This document shows, in pieces, positions 19,275 to 27,491 of a DNA stretch of 64,000 nucleotides (position 1 is its first letter; each line of letters begins with the position of its first letter). The DNA comes from an uncultured delta proteobacterium (GTDB lineage: Bacteria; Desulfobacterota; Binatia; DP-6). The notes beneath the pieces were generated by a model. That model saw only the letters and a list, made by a program, of their open reading frames with translations. It was not told where the DNA came from and searched no databases. Position numbers and translations under genes: made by a program. The DNA is taken from the NCBI GenBank assembly GCA_963815115.1, contig CAWFFN010000005.1, forward strand, positions 928,001 to 992,000, in the 5' to 3' direction.

Positions 19275-20867
19275 TTGCCACCCCCCGCGCCAGAGCGCGG
19301 GACCGGGGCGGCCGATCGGAGCCGCTTCGCGGACCGAGCACGTCCCCCGGCCGCGGGCCCGAGAGAAGAATTTCTTGACAGGAGGTTGGCCGCCGGTGCC
19401 AATGCGCTGGTGGCCGCGACGACCGACGTGCGTGGAGGGCGACCGACCCGGTGGCCCTACTTCGCGGTAGCAGTCGCCCTGGTGGCGAGCTGGTTCGAAG
19501 CGCGCGTCGCGGGCGTTCCGTTCGAGGCCGCGGGCCTGAGTGATTTCTGGCAGTTCCTCGATCCGGTCCTCCTGCGCGACGACCTCCTCCGCGCCGCGCT
19601 GAGCCTGCACATGCAACCCCCGCTCTTCAACGTGTTCGTCGGCGTCGCCCTCAAGCTGTTCGGTTCCGCTGCGGGCTTTCCGCTCTCGCTCTCGTATCTC
19701 GCGATGGGAGCGCTGCTCGTCCTGACCATGCTGTGGGTGATGAGACACCTCGGAGCGTCGGACGTCGTGGCGGTGGGCGTGTGCGCGCTGTTCGCCTTGC
19801 ACCCGGCGTTCATCGTCTACCAGCGTTGGCTCTTCTATTCCCTGCCAAACGCCCTGCTGCTTTTGCTCACCACGGCGGCGCTGATTCGCTTCCTCGAGAC
19901 GAGGCGAGATCGCTGGGCGCGCGCGTTCGCGGGCGCGGCGACCGTGCTCATGCTCGCCCGGCAGATATTCCACCTGCTCTGGTTCGTCGGCGCGGTCGCG
20001 GTGATCGGCGCGATGATCCCACGAGCCGAGCGCCGTCGTCTTCTCGTGGCGTCTCTGACGCCGTTGCTGGTCGTGAACCTGCTCTACCTGAAGAACTGGC
20101 TCCTCGTGGACGAGTATGGCGCCAGCACATGGGCCGGCATGGCCCTGCACCTCGGCATGGACATCCCCGAGCAGTTCACGCTCGACGAGGTCCGGCCACT
20201 CGTGGAGGACGGTCGCGTGCCGCCCGTCTGGCTCGCGGGGGCGTTTCCCGCGCCCGAGATCGTCGCGCCCCTGGGCTACTTCCCGCCGAACCCAGGCACC
20301 AATCCCGCGCTCGACGCGCCGTACCGGAGCACCGGCTTTCCGAACTACAACCATCGAGAGTACGCACGCATCTCGCACGACATGCTGCGCGGTGCGCTCG
20401 CCCTGATCCGTGCCTACCCCGACCGGTACCTCGCCCGCATACGCCTCGGGACGTACGAATTCTTCCAGCCCGGTCCGCGGCGCCTCTTCGGCTGGCATCG
20501 GATGAACGAGTCCCGGCTCCGGCCGTGGATCGAGGCGTGGAACCGGTGGCTGTTTCTGGGTGGCCTGCTCGGCGGGACCGGCCTCGACGTGCCGAACCTG
20601 CTGATGCTGATCTACCCGGCGTCCATCCTCTTCGCGCTGGCGCGCGCGAGCTCGCGCTCCCCACAGCGAGCGACGTTCGCCTTCATCGCGATCTCGCTGC
20701 TCTGGGTCTTCGTGCTCACCAACCTGCTCGTCCTCGATGAGAACGACCGCGTCCGATTCGAGACCGACCCCCTGCTCGCGGTGCTGGTCGCGACGGGCCT
20801 CAGCGCGGCGCTGGGGCGGTACGCCCGGACGCGAAGCCCACCGGACGCTACGACTGGTACAGCTTGA
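19275..20867 (+). CDS. Polytopic membrane protein, GT-C glycosyltransferase-like (start uncertain, 19275-19430)
   Basis: Many TM helices, HMQPPLFN, large extracytoplasmic loop, ENDRVRFETDP. Confidence 0.7.
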   Translation: MPPPAPERGTGAADRSRFADRARPPAAGPREEFLDRRLAAGANALVAATTDVRGGRPTRWPYFAVAVALVASWFEARVAGVPFEAAGLSDFWQFLDPVLLRDDLLRAALSLHMQPPLFNVFVGVALKLFGSAAGFPLSLSYLAMGALLVLTMLWVMRHLGASDVVAVGVCALFALHPAFIVYQRWLFYSLPNALLLLLTTAALIRFLETRRDRWARAFAGAATVLMLARQIFHLLWFVGAVAVIGAMIPRAERRRLLVASLTPLLVVNLLYLKNWLLVDEYGASTWAGMALHLGMDIPEQFTLDEVRPLVEDGRVPPVWLAGAFPAPEIVAPLGYFPPNPGTNPALDAPYRSTGFPNYNHREYARISHDMLRGALALIRAYPDRYLARIRLGTYEFFQPGPRRLFGWHRMNESRLRPWIEAWNRWLFLGGLLGGTGLDVPNLLMLIYPASILFALARASSRSPQRATFAFIAISLLWVFVLTNLLVLDENDRVRFETDPLLAVLVATGLSAALGRYARTRSPPDATTGTA

Positions 20868-21072
20868 CGACCTGCACGGTGCCCGCCGGGGCGGCCTTGA
20901 TGCAGAGGTCGCACAGGGTGCACTCGTCCAGGTTCTCGTCGACGATCTCGAGGGCCCCGCTCTTGGTGGTCCGGAAGATGTTGACCGGGCAGACCTCGGC
21001 CAGCTTCTTCGCCAGCGCCGGGTCGGTCGCGACCGCCGTGTCCACCCGCACGTCGATGAACATGCCCGCCAT
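20848..21072 (-). CDS. Small ferredoxin-like protein (single 4Fe-4S site)
   Basis: EVCPVNIF...ECTLCDLC; 3 nt downstream of sucD-like stop. Confidence 0.85.
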   Translation of the reverse strand: MAGMFIDVRVDTAVATDPALAKKLAEVCPVNIFRTTKSGALEIVDENLDECTLCDLCIKAAPAGTVQVVKLYQS

Positions 21073-21075
21073 GGT

Positions 21076-21978
21076 TCAGTGTCCCTTCAGCCGTTCCTTC
21101 ACCAGCGCCGGGATGTCCTCGATGCGCTCGGCGACCGAGATGCCCGCCGCCTTCATGCGCTCGATCTTGTCCGCCGTGGTGTCGGCCTTGCCCTCGACGA
21201 TCGTCCCGGCGTGCCCGAAGCGCATCCCGGGCATCTCGTCCATGAAGCGACCCGCCATGAAGGCGATGATGGGAAGGCGCGACCGGTGCTCGCGCACCCA
21301 GTCGGCCAGCTCGGCTTCCATCCGGCCGCCCGGCTCCGAGTAGATCGCGATCGCCCGGGTCTCCGGGTCGGCCTCGAAGAGCGGCATCAGCTCGGCGTAG
21401 GTCGAGCCGATGATGGCGTCGCCGCCGATGGAAACGGCGGTGGACTGCCCGAGCCCGGTGGCGGTGAGGGTGTTGCAGATCTCCGTCGTCATGCCGCCCG
21501 AGCGCGACATCACCCCGATCGGTCCCTTGGTGAACGCCCGGCGGACGTTGACCGCGGGGCCGCCGAGCCCCCCCATCTTGGCCTCGTCCGGCGACAGGAT
21601 GCCCAGGCAGTTCGGCCCGATGATGCGCGCGCCGCGGAGCTTGGCCAGCTCGACCATCTGCGCCACCTCGCCCCGCGGGATGCGCTCCGTGACGATGACG
21701 ATCAGCTTGACGCCCGCTTCGATCGCCTCGAACACCGCATCGCGCGTGAACCGGGGCGGGACGGTGACGATGGTGCCGTCGACGTGCGTCTTCGCCGTGA
21801 TGTCACGCACGCAATCGTACACCGGAACGCCGTAGACGTCGCGTCCGGCGCGGCCGGGAGTGACGCCGCCGACGATCTTCGTCCCGTAGTCGAGACCCTC
21901 CCGTGTGAGATTCACCGCCTCGCGGCCGGTGATCCCCTGGATGATGACGGTGGTGTCCTTGTGGATGAGGATGGACAT
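21076..21978 (-). CDS. sucD: ADP-forming acyl-CoA ligase alpha subunit (SucD/MtkB-like)
   Basis: MSILI..T.VIIQGITG, GGVTPG, IGPNCLG, SRSGG, IGGD, FGHAG (phospho-His). Confidence 0.85.
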   Translation of the reverse strand: MSILIHKDTTVIIQGITGREAVNLTREGLDYGTKIVGGVTPGRAGRDVYGVPVYDCVRDITAKTHVDGTIVTVPPRFTRDAVFEAIEAGVKLIVIVTERIPRGEVAQMVELAKLRGARIIGPNCLGILSPDEAKMGGLGGPAVNVRRAFTKGPIGVMSRSGGMTTEICNTLTATGLGQSTAVSIGGDAIIGSTYAELMPLFEADPETRAIAIYSEPGGRMEAELADWVREHRSRLPIIAFMAGRFMDEMPGMRFGHAGTIVEGKADTTADKIERMKAAGISVAERIEDIPALVKERLKGH

Positions 21979-22004
21979 GCGACGTGCTCCGGCAGGCCGC
22001 GGGC

Positions 22005-22034
22005 GAGGTAGCACGCGATGTCGGGGAGGGTCAA
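22005..22034 (-). promoter_or_regulatory. Putative promoter of sucD-like gene (TTGACC-N18-TACCTC, TG-extended)
   Basis: Same architecture as element upstream of sucC-like gene. Confidence 0.55.
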
Positions 22035-22035
22035 G

Positions 22036-22070
22036 GCGGCGACGTTCGCGGCGACGTTCGCACGATGTTC
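22036..22070 (+). repeat. Tandem GCGGCGACGTTC x2 plus GCACGATGTTC (exact copy again at 22264-22274)
   Basis: Read directly; related CGATGTCG/TGACGTTC copies elsewhere in 22016-22180. Confidence 0.7.
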
Positions 22071-22379
22071 CGCCGGTTGCGCGCGCGACGCACCGATGTC
22101 GCACGACGATGTCGGAGAGTCCCGGCTGGGTGTCGGCGGTTTCTCCGTGCGTCGAGCGACGCGTCGACGAGTGACGTTCCCCGACTGCGCCCCGCCGGTA
22201 CCGAACCGCGCGAGGATGAAGCGTGCCATCGTCGGCGCTCCGCTAGCGCACATGCCAGAGCAGGCACGATGTTCGCGTCGAGCAGGAGGTCGGACTGCTT
22301 GACTACATAGCTGTGCTGAAGGGTATATTAAACTGACACCTGCGCCGCGCGGTCCCGCCCGGGCCAGGGAAGATCCCCC

Positions 22380-23915
22380 ATGCATCTCACCAAGCCCGCT
22401 GTCCCGTCGCGCTGGCGGGCGGGTTGCGCCGCGGTGCTCGTTGCCACCATCGCGGCGATCCCGGCCGCGAGCGCCTTCGTGCTCGGCCGGACCGGCGGCG
22501 GCGGGGTGACGGTGCAGGTGAAGCGCGCGGGCCCCGGACAGGGCGCGCGGACCGTCGGCGGACTGCGCGTCGTCGACGGGAGCACGGCCGAGGTGCTGGC
22601 GGCGACGACCCTCGGCATGCGCGGCAAGGTGAAGGTGAACCCGCCACCCGGGGTGGAGTTCGCCGTCGCCAGCGTCACCCGACCGAAAGGCCTGCGCGAG
22701 GGCGTGAGCCCGGTGTTCGCGTACGATGGGAGCGCGCCAGCGAGGCTCAGGATCGCCCTCGAGCCGGTCACGGCCATGGTCGGTGTCAGCGCCCTGGTCA
22801 TCCGACGGCTCGCCGCGCCGGGCAGCATGGTCGCCACGCTGGGACCGGTGACGATCGCCGGGCCGGATGGCGTGGCGGTCTCGATCGCCGGCGCGCTGTT
22901 CACGCCGCTGTTCAACGACACCAGCGCCTTCCTGCGCTGGGTGGACACGGGCGAGGCGGTGCAGCGGGCCCGCCAGCGCCAGCTCGTCCTGCAGGACCAG
23001 GGGCTGAGCGATGAGCCGTCGACGCGCATCGTCGACCGACCGCTCGCGCCCGACCTCCGCATCGAGGGCGAGCTCACCACCGATGGCCCCGACGTCACGG
23101 GCGAGTTGCGGGTCGTCGATCCGACGACCGGCGAGGTGCTCGAGCGCCTCGCCGTGGACACGCAGGGGCGCGACTGGGGCGACCTCCTCGCCGAGGTGTC
23201 GCGGCAGGTCGCCAAGCGCCTGCGCGCCCGCCGCACGACGACCACCACCACGAGCACCACCGTCTCCACGAGGGTGTCGACCAGCTCCACGAGCCCCACG
23301 CTCCCGACGACGACCACGTCCACCTCCGCCCGCCCGACCACCACGACCACGCTCGCGAGCCGACCCTGCACCTCGGTGATCCCGGCGTCGTTCTGCCGGT
23401 GCAGCGGCGGCAGCCACACGACGTGCACGTCGGATGCCATCTGCCAGCAATCCGGCGAGGACACGTGCGTCGACGTCGTCGGGCACACCGTGGTGACCTT
23501 CCGTCTCGCCGGGAGCGGTGCGCGCCTCGGCGCGCTCCAGATCGACGGCGGGGGCGACGGCCTGGTGGACGTCCCCGGCGGTGTCGGGGTCCGCATCGGC
23601 TGCGGCTCGGCCGGCATCACCGAGTGGTCGCCGGTGCCCGTTTCGGCCGACGACATCGTCTGCCCGACCTTCTATCACCCGGACACGACGGTCACGGTGA
23701 CGGCGCGTCGCGACCTGCCTCCGTTGCCCTTCCTGGGCGACCTGTACTGCGCCAGCACCTTCACGGGCTTCAGCGGCACGGGGGGCTGTGCTGGCATGGG
23801 CGACTGCACCAAGCTCGGCTGTACGTGCAGCATCGTCACGGGAGCCGAGAAGACCGAGATCGTCGCGACGTACGAATCGATCGGAAGCGGCTGCGTCCCG
23901 GCCGCCGCGCCGTGA
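22380..23915 (+). CDS. Secreted protein: CsgG/TolB-N-like segment, Thr-rich linker, Cys-rich C-terminal domains
   Basis: Signal peptide ending ASA; PDLRIEGEL...[12 protein letters not shown]; poly-Thr linker; TVTVTA...TFTGFSG..C resembles a divergent B-repeat. Confidence 0.75.
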   Translation: MHLTKPAVPSRWRAGCAAVLVATIAAIPAASAFVLGRTGGGGVTVQVKRAGPGQGARTVGGLRVVDGSTAEVLAATTLGMRGKVKVNPPPGVEFAVASVTRPKGLREGVSPVFAYDGSAPARLRIALEPVTAMVGVSALVIRRLAAPGSMVATLGPVTIAGPDGVAVSIAGALFTPLFNDTSAFLRWVDTGEAVQRARQRQLVLQDQGLSDEPSTRIVDRPLAPDLRIEGELTTDGPDVTGELRVVDPTTGEVLERLAVDTQGRDWGDLLAEVSRQVAKRLRARRTTTTTTSTTVSTRVSTSSTSPTLPTTTTSTSARPTTTTTLASRPCTSVIPASFCRCSGGSHTTCTSDAICQQSGEDTCVDVVGHTVVTFRLAGSGARLGALQIDGGGDGLVDVPGGVGVRIGCGSAGITEWSPVPVSADDIVCPTFYHPDTTVTVTARRDLPPLPFLGDLYCASTFTGFSGTGGCAGMGDCTKLGCTCSIVTGAEKTEIVATYESIGSGCVPAAAP

Positions 23916-24007
23916 CGATCGCGGCGGCCGGCGTCGCTTGCATCCGCCGCCGACCGCCGTATCCTTTTCGCGTTGCCGACATCGAACCTGGCGGAGGAAA
24001 CGAAAGC

Positions 24008-24598
24008 ATGCGATTCCGCTCCGGCCTGCTCCTGCTCGCTCCCGTGCTGGGGGTTGCCCTGCTCGCCGCGTTGCCGGGACCCCCGTGGGCGGCGGAGCCG
24101 ACCCCAACCCAATCCGGAGAGACGATGAAGAAGACGTTCGTCAAGCCGAGCGACGATGAACTCAAGAAGCAACTGAGCCCCGAGCAGTACCAGGTGACCC
24201 AGCACGAGGGCACCGAGCCGCCCTTCCACAACCAGTACTGGAACAACCACGAGGCCGGGATCTACGTCGACGTCGTGTCCGGCGAGCCGCTGTTCAGCTC
24301 GCGCGACAAGTTCGACTCCGGCACCGGCTGGCCGAGCTTCACGCGGCCCATCGACGAGAAGGACGTCATGCGCCGCGAGGACCGCCGGCTGTTCATGCGG
24401 CGCACGGAGGTGCGCTCGAAGGAGGCTGATTCGCACCTCGGGCACGTCTTCGACGACGGGCCGGGACCCGACGGGCTGCGCTACTGCATCAATTCCGCGT
24501 CGCTGCGCTTCATTCCCGTCGACAAGCTCGAGGCGGAAGGCTACGGCGAGTATCGCAAGCTCTTCGACTCGCCGCCGTCGAGCGCGAAGCACGACTGA
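24008..24598 (+). CDS. msrB: Peptide-methionine (R)-S-oxide reductase with signal peptide
   Basis: [38 protein letters not shown]; GGAGG SD. Confidence 0.95.
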   Translation: MRFRSGLLLLAPVLGVALLAALPGPPWAAEPTPTQSGETMKKTFVKPSDDELKKQLSPEQYQVTQHEGTEPPFHNQYWNNHEAGIYVDVVSGEPLFSSRDKFDSGTGWPSFTRPIDEKDVMRREDRRLFMRRTEVRSKEADSHLGHVFDDGPGPDGLRYCINSASLRFIPVDKLEAEGYGEYRKLFDSPPSSAKHD

Positions 24599-25311
24599 GC
24601 GCCACCGCCCGAGAAACGCACCCCGATCGGGCGCCGCCGGCGCTTCAAGCGCAGCGACCGGGCTGCCATGGGCTCCGGAACGCCCGCCGCGTTCCAGGTC
24701 TCGGTCGAGATGGCGACCTCGCCGGCACCCGCCGCCGTGCACAGGTGGGCCGCGACGTTCACGGGGTCGCCGAGGGCGGTCAGGTCGTCGGTGCCGTGCG
24801 GCCCGGGGATCAGACCGAGCCAGGCCGTGCCGGTGTGCACGCCGACCGCGACCGGCGGCCAGGGCCGACTCTCACGATCTCCGTCCGGGGACGCGACCAG
24901 CGCGTGCGCGGCGTCGACCGCCGAGCGGGCGTGGTCTCCCGACTCGCCGGCGAAGAAGAGGGCCACCACGCCGTCGCCCACGAACTTGTCCACGGTCCCG
25001 TCGAAGCGGCCGACGACCGAGCTGGCCCGGGCATAGAATCCCCGCATGACCTCGCTGAAGCCGGTCGGGGTGAGGCGCTCGGCGAGCGCCGTCGAGCCGC
25101 GTACGTCCGCGAACAGGATCGACACCTCGCGCTCGCATCCGGGTGCGATCGCGCGCAGGCAGGGGGTGCAGAGAGGGCTCGGGGCGGCCGTCCGCCGCTG
25201 CCGGAACAGCCGGGCGATCCGGCCGATCAGGCCGCCCGAGGGCGCCAGGCACAGCTTGCAGCGGGTGGCAGGGGGAAGCTCCGGCAAGACGCGACGCCCG
25301 AGGCGGACCAT
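24541..25311 (-). CDS. Class III adenylate/guanylate cyclase with N-terminal Cys motif
   Basis: CKLC..CTPC; [35 protein letters not shown]. Confidence 0.85.
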   Translation of the reverse strand: MVRLGRRVLPELPPATRCKLCLAPSGGLIGRIARLFRQRRTAAPSPLCTPCLRAIAPGCEREVSILFADVRGSTALAERLTPTGFSEVMRGFYARASSVVGRFDGTVDKFVGDGVVALFFAGESGDHARSAVDAAHALVASPDGDRESRPWPPVAVGVHTGTAWLGLIPGPHGTDDLTALGDPVNVAAHLCTAAGAGEVAISTETWNAAGVPEPMAARSLRLKRRRRPIGVRFSGGGAQSCFALDGGESKSLRYSP

Positions 25312-25431
25312 GCCCCTACTACGCGCGGGTCCCCGGGGCGGTTTCCGGGGCGTCCGGTTGCGCCCTCCGACGAAAGGGAATAGGGCACCAGCGGCTTCTG
25401 CGGCAGGCAGGAGTGGCGGGGAGGGCGGTCG

Positions 25432-25977
25432 ATGGCGACGCTCGCGGAGCGCATGGTGGGCGCGGCCCGGCTCGACGCCGGGACCTACGAGGAGGTCGAG
25501 GCCGACGCCGGGGCGACGGGACAGGCCGCGCTGGTCGTCGTCATCTCGAGCATCTGTCTCGCGATCGGCGGACACCTCGGCGCCGGGGTGATCGGGCTGG
25601 TGCTGGTGACCCTGTTCCGCCTGCTCGGCTGGTACGTCTGGGCCCTGGTCACCTGCCTCATCGGGACCCGGTGGCTCCCCGGCGCCAAGACCCAGGCCGA
25701 CGTCGGCCAGCTGCTGCGCACGCTCGGCTTCGCCAGCGCGCCCGGCGTCGTCGCGGTCCTCGGGGTGATTCCCGGGCTCGGCGAGGTGATCAACGTCGTC
25801 GTCGGACTGTGGATGCTGGTTGCGATGGTGATCGCCGTGCGCCAGGCGCTGGACTACGAGAGCACGGGTCGTGCCGTTGCCGTCGTCGCGATCGGCTTCC
25901 TGGCGTATCTCGTGGTGGCTGCGCTGACCGGAATCGTCATCGGGGCCCTCAGCCCCAGCGCGCCCGCCGCGCCTTAG
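25432..25977 (+). CDS. YIP1-like membrane protein
   Basis: YEEVEAD..ATGQA, LLRTLGFASAPG, AVRQALDY; about 5 TM. Confidence 0.8.
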   Translation: MATLAERMVGAARLDAGTYEEVEADAGATGQAALVVVISSICLAIGGHLGAGVIGLVLVTLFRLLGWYVWALVTCLIGTRWLPGAKTQADVGQLLRTLGFASAPGVVAVLGVIPGLGEVINVVVGLWMLVAMVIAVRQALDYESTGRAVAVVAIGFLAYLVVAALTGIVIGALSPSAPAAP

Positions 25978-25978
25978 C

Positions 25979-27181
25979 TCACGCCTGCATCTTGGCGACC
26001 GCCTTCCCTGCCGCCTCGTACATCGAGACGGTGCGGTCGCAGTACTCGACGCCGTACTTGCGGAGGATCGTGAAGCCGTCGTCCTCCCAGGCGCCCGGGA
26101 TGCGGAAGATCGCGATGGCATCGGCCGGATCGCGACCCGACTCGACGCATCCCTTGATGACGCCGCGGGCGACGATGTCGACGCGGGTGTTCGACACCAC
26201 GTTCATCATCACCGCGATCTTCTTCACGCCCGGCTTGGAGAGGATGAGCTTGGTCAGCTCGCAGGCCTTCTTGACGCTCGGGTTGCCGCCGATCTCGCAG
26301 TAGTTCGCGGGTCGGCCGCCGTGCTTGCGCACGGCATCGAACAGCGTCAGCGAGCCGCCGCCGGCGCCGATCACGAGACCCAGGTCGCCGTCGAACTCGC
26401 GCACGTTGCCGGCCACCCCGCGGTGATCCGACGCGTCGACCTCGGCGCCGCGGATCTCGAAGGGCGTCGGCGGCTTGGCCTCGCGCGTCTCCTCCTTGCC
26501 GATGCCGATGTCCTTCAGCAGGGCGGCGTGCTTGTCGCGCGCGTCGGCCTCGAGGTCGACGTGCCCGTCGAGGACGACGACGCGTCCGTCCTCGAGCCGC
26601 CCGATGGGATTGATCTCGGCGAGCGTCAGGTCGTAGCGCAGGAAGAGCTCCACGAGGGTGGCGAGGATGGGCGTCATCCTGTTGAGGACGTCGCCGGTCA
26701 CGCCGACCGCGCCGATCGCCTCCTTCGCGCGGTAGGCGCTGAAGGGGATGATCGTGGAGAAGTGAGTGCGCGAGACGTGCTCGGGATGGGTCTCCGCGAC
26801 CTCCTCGATGTCGATGCCCCCCATGTCGCTGAAGACCAGCACCGGGAGCTTGCGGCGGCCGTCCCAGGTGACGGCGGCGAAGTACTCCTGCGCCACCGGT
26901 GCGCGCTGCTCGACCAGCACTCCGCGCGGCTTCTGCCCCTTGATCTCGAGACCGAGGATCGCCTTCGCGGCATCGGCGGCGCCGGCCGGGTCGTCCGCGA
27001 ACTTGACGCCGCCGGCCTTCATGCGGCCGCCGGTGAGCACCTGCGACTTGAGCACCAACGGGCCGCCGATCTCGGCCGCGACCTCGCGCGCCTCGGCAGG
27101 GGTCTTGGCCACCCGGCCCTTGGGCAGCGGGATGCCGTGCCGGCCGAAGAGCAGCTTCGCCTCGTACTCGTAGAATCGCAT
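25979..27181 (-). CDS. sucC: ADP-forming acyl-CoA ligase beta subunit (SucC-like, atypical substrate domain)
   Basis: MRFYEYEAK, KSQVLTGGRMKAGGV, GGIDIEEVA, EINP, ANYCEIGGNP. Confidence 0.8.
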   Translation of the reverse strand: MRFYEYEAKLLFGRHGIPLPKGRVAKTPAEAREVAAEIGGPLVLKSQVLTGGRMKAGGVKFADDPAGAADAAKAILGLEIKGQKPRGVLVEQRAPVAQEYFAAVTWDGRRKLPVLVFSDMGGIDIEEVAETHPEHVSRTHFSTIIPFSAYRAKEAIGAVGVTGDVLNRMTPILATLVELFLRYDLTLAEINPIGRLEDGRVVVLDGHVDLEADARDKHAALLKDIGIGKEETREAKPPTPFEIRGAEVDASDHRGVAGNVREFDGDLGLVIGAGGGSLTLFDAVRKHGGRPANYCEIGGNPSVKKACELTKLILSKPGVKKIAVMMNVVSNTRVDIVARGVIKGCVESGRDPADAIAIFRIPGAWEDDGFTILRKYGVEYCDRTVSMYEAAGKAVAKMQA

Positions 27182-27207
27182 TGCTCGATCTGCCCGCTTG
27201 GGGGCGC

Positions 27208-27237
27208 GAGCTAACACGTTGCGTCAGGCACGGTCAA
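27208..27237 (-). promoter_or_regulatory. Putative promoter of sucC-like gene (TTGACC-N18-TAGCTC, TG-extended)
   Basis: Shares CCTTGACC-N6-GAC-N4-CGTGYTASCTCGC with sucD upstream element. Confidence 0.55.
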
Positions 27238-27491
27238 GGCGTGCGACCCGCGCCGGAGGGCCGGCACCCGGTCGGCGCGCGGTCGCCGGCATGGCTCGCG
27301 CGCGTGGCGCACCGATCCGCTCCCGAATGCGCCGCGCTTTGTCCCGCAGGCACAACTGGCGCGCCGCGGAATGCGTGGAGAAGCGCATTGCGCGGGTGAG
27401 AACCGCTTCACTATTCTTCGCGCTGTCTCCGTTCAGCAGCGCCCGCTCCACGAACGGGCAGAACCGAAACGAACTCTCGATTGGGGGACCC

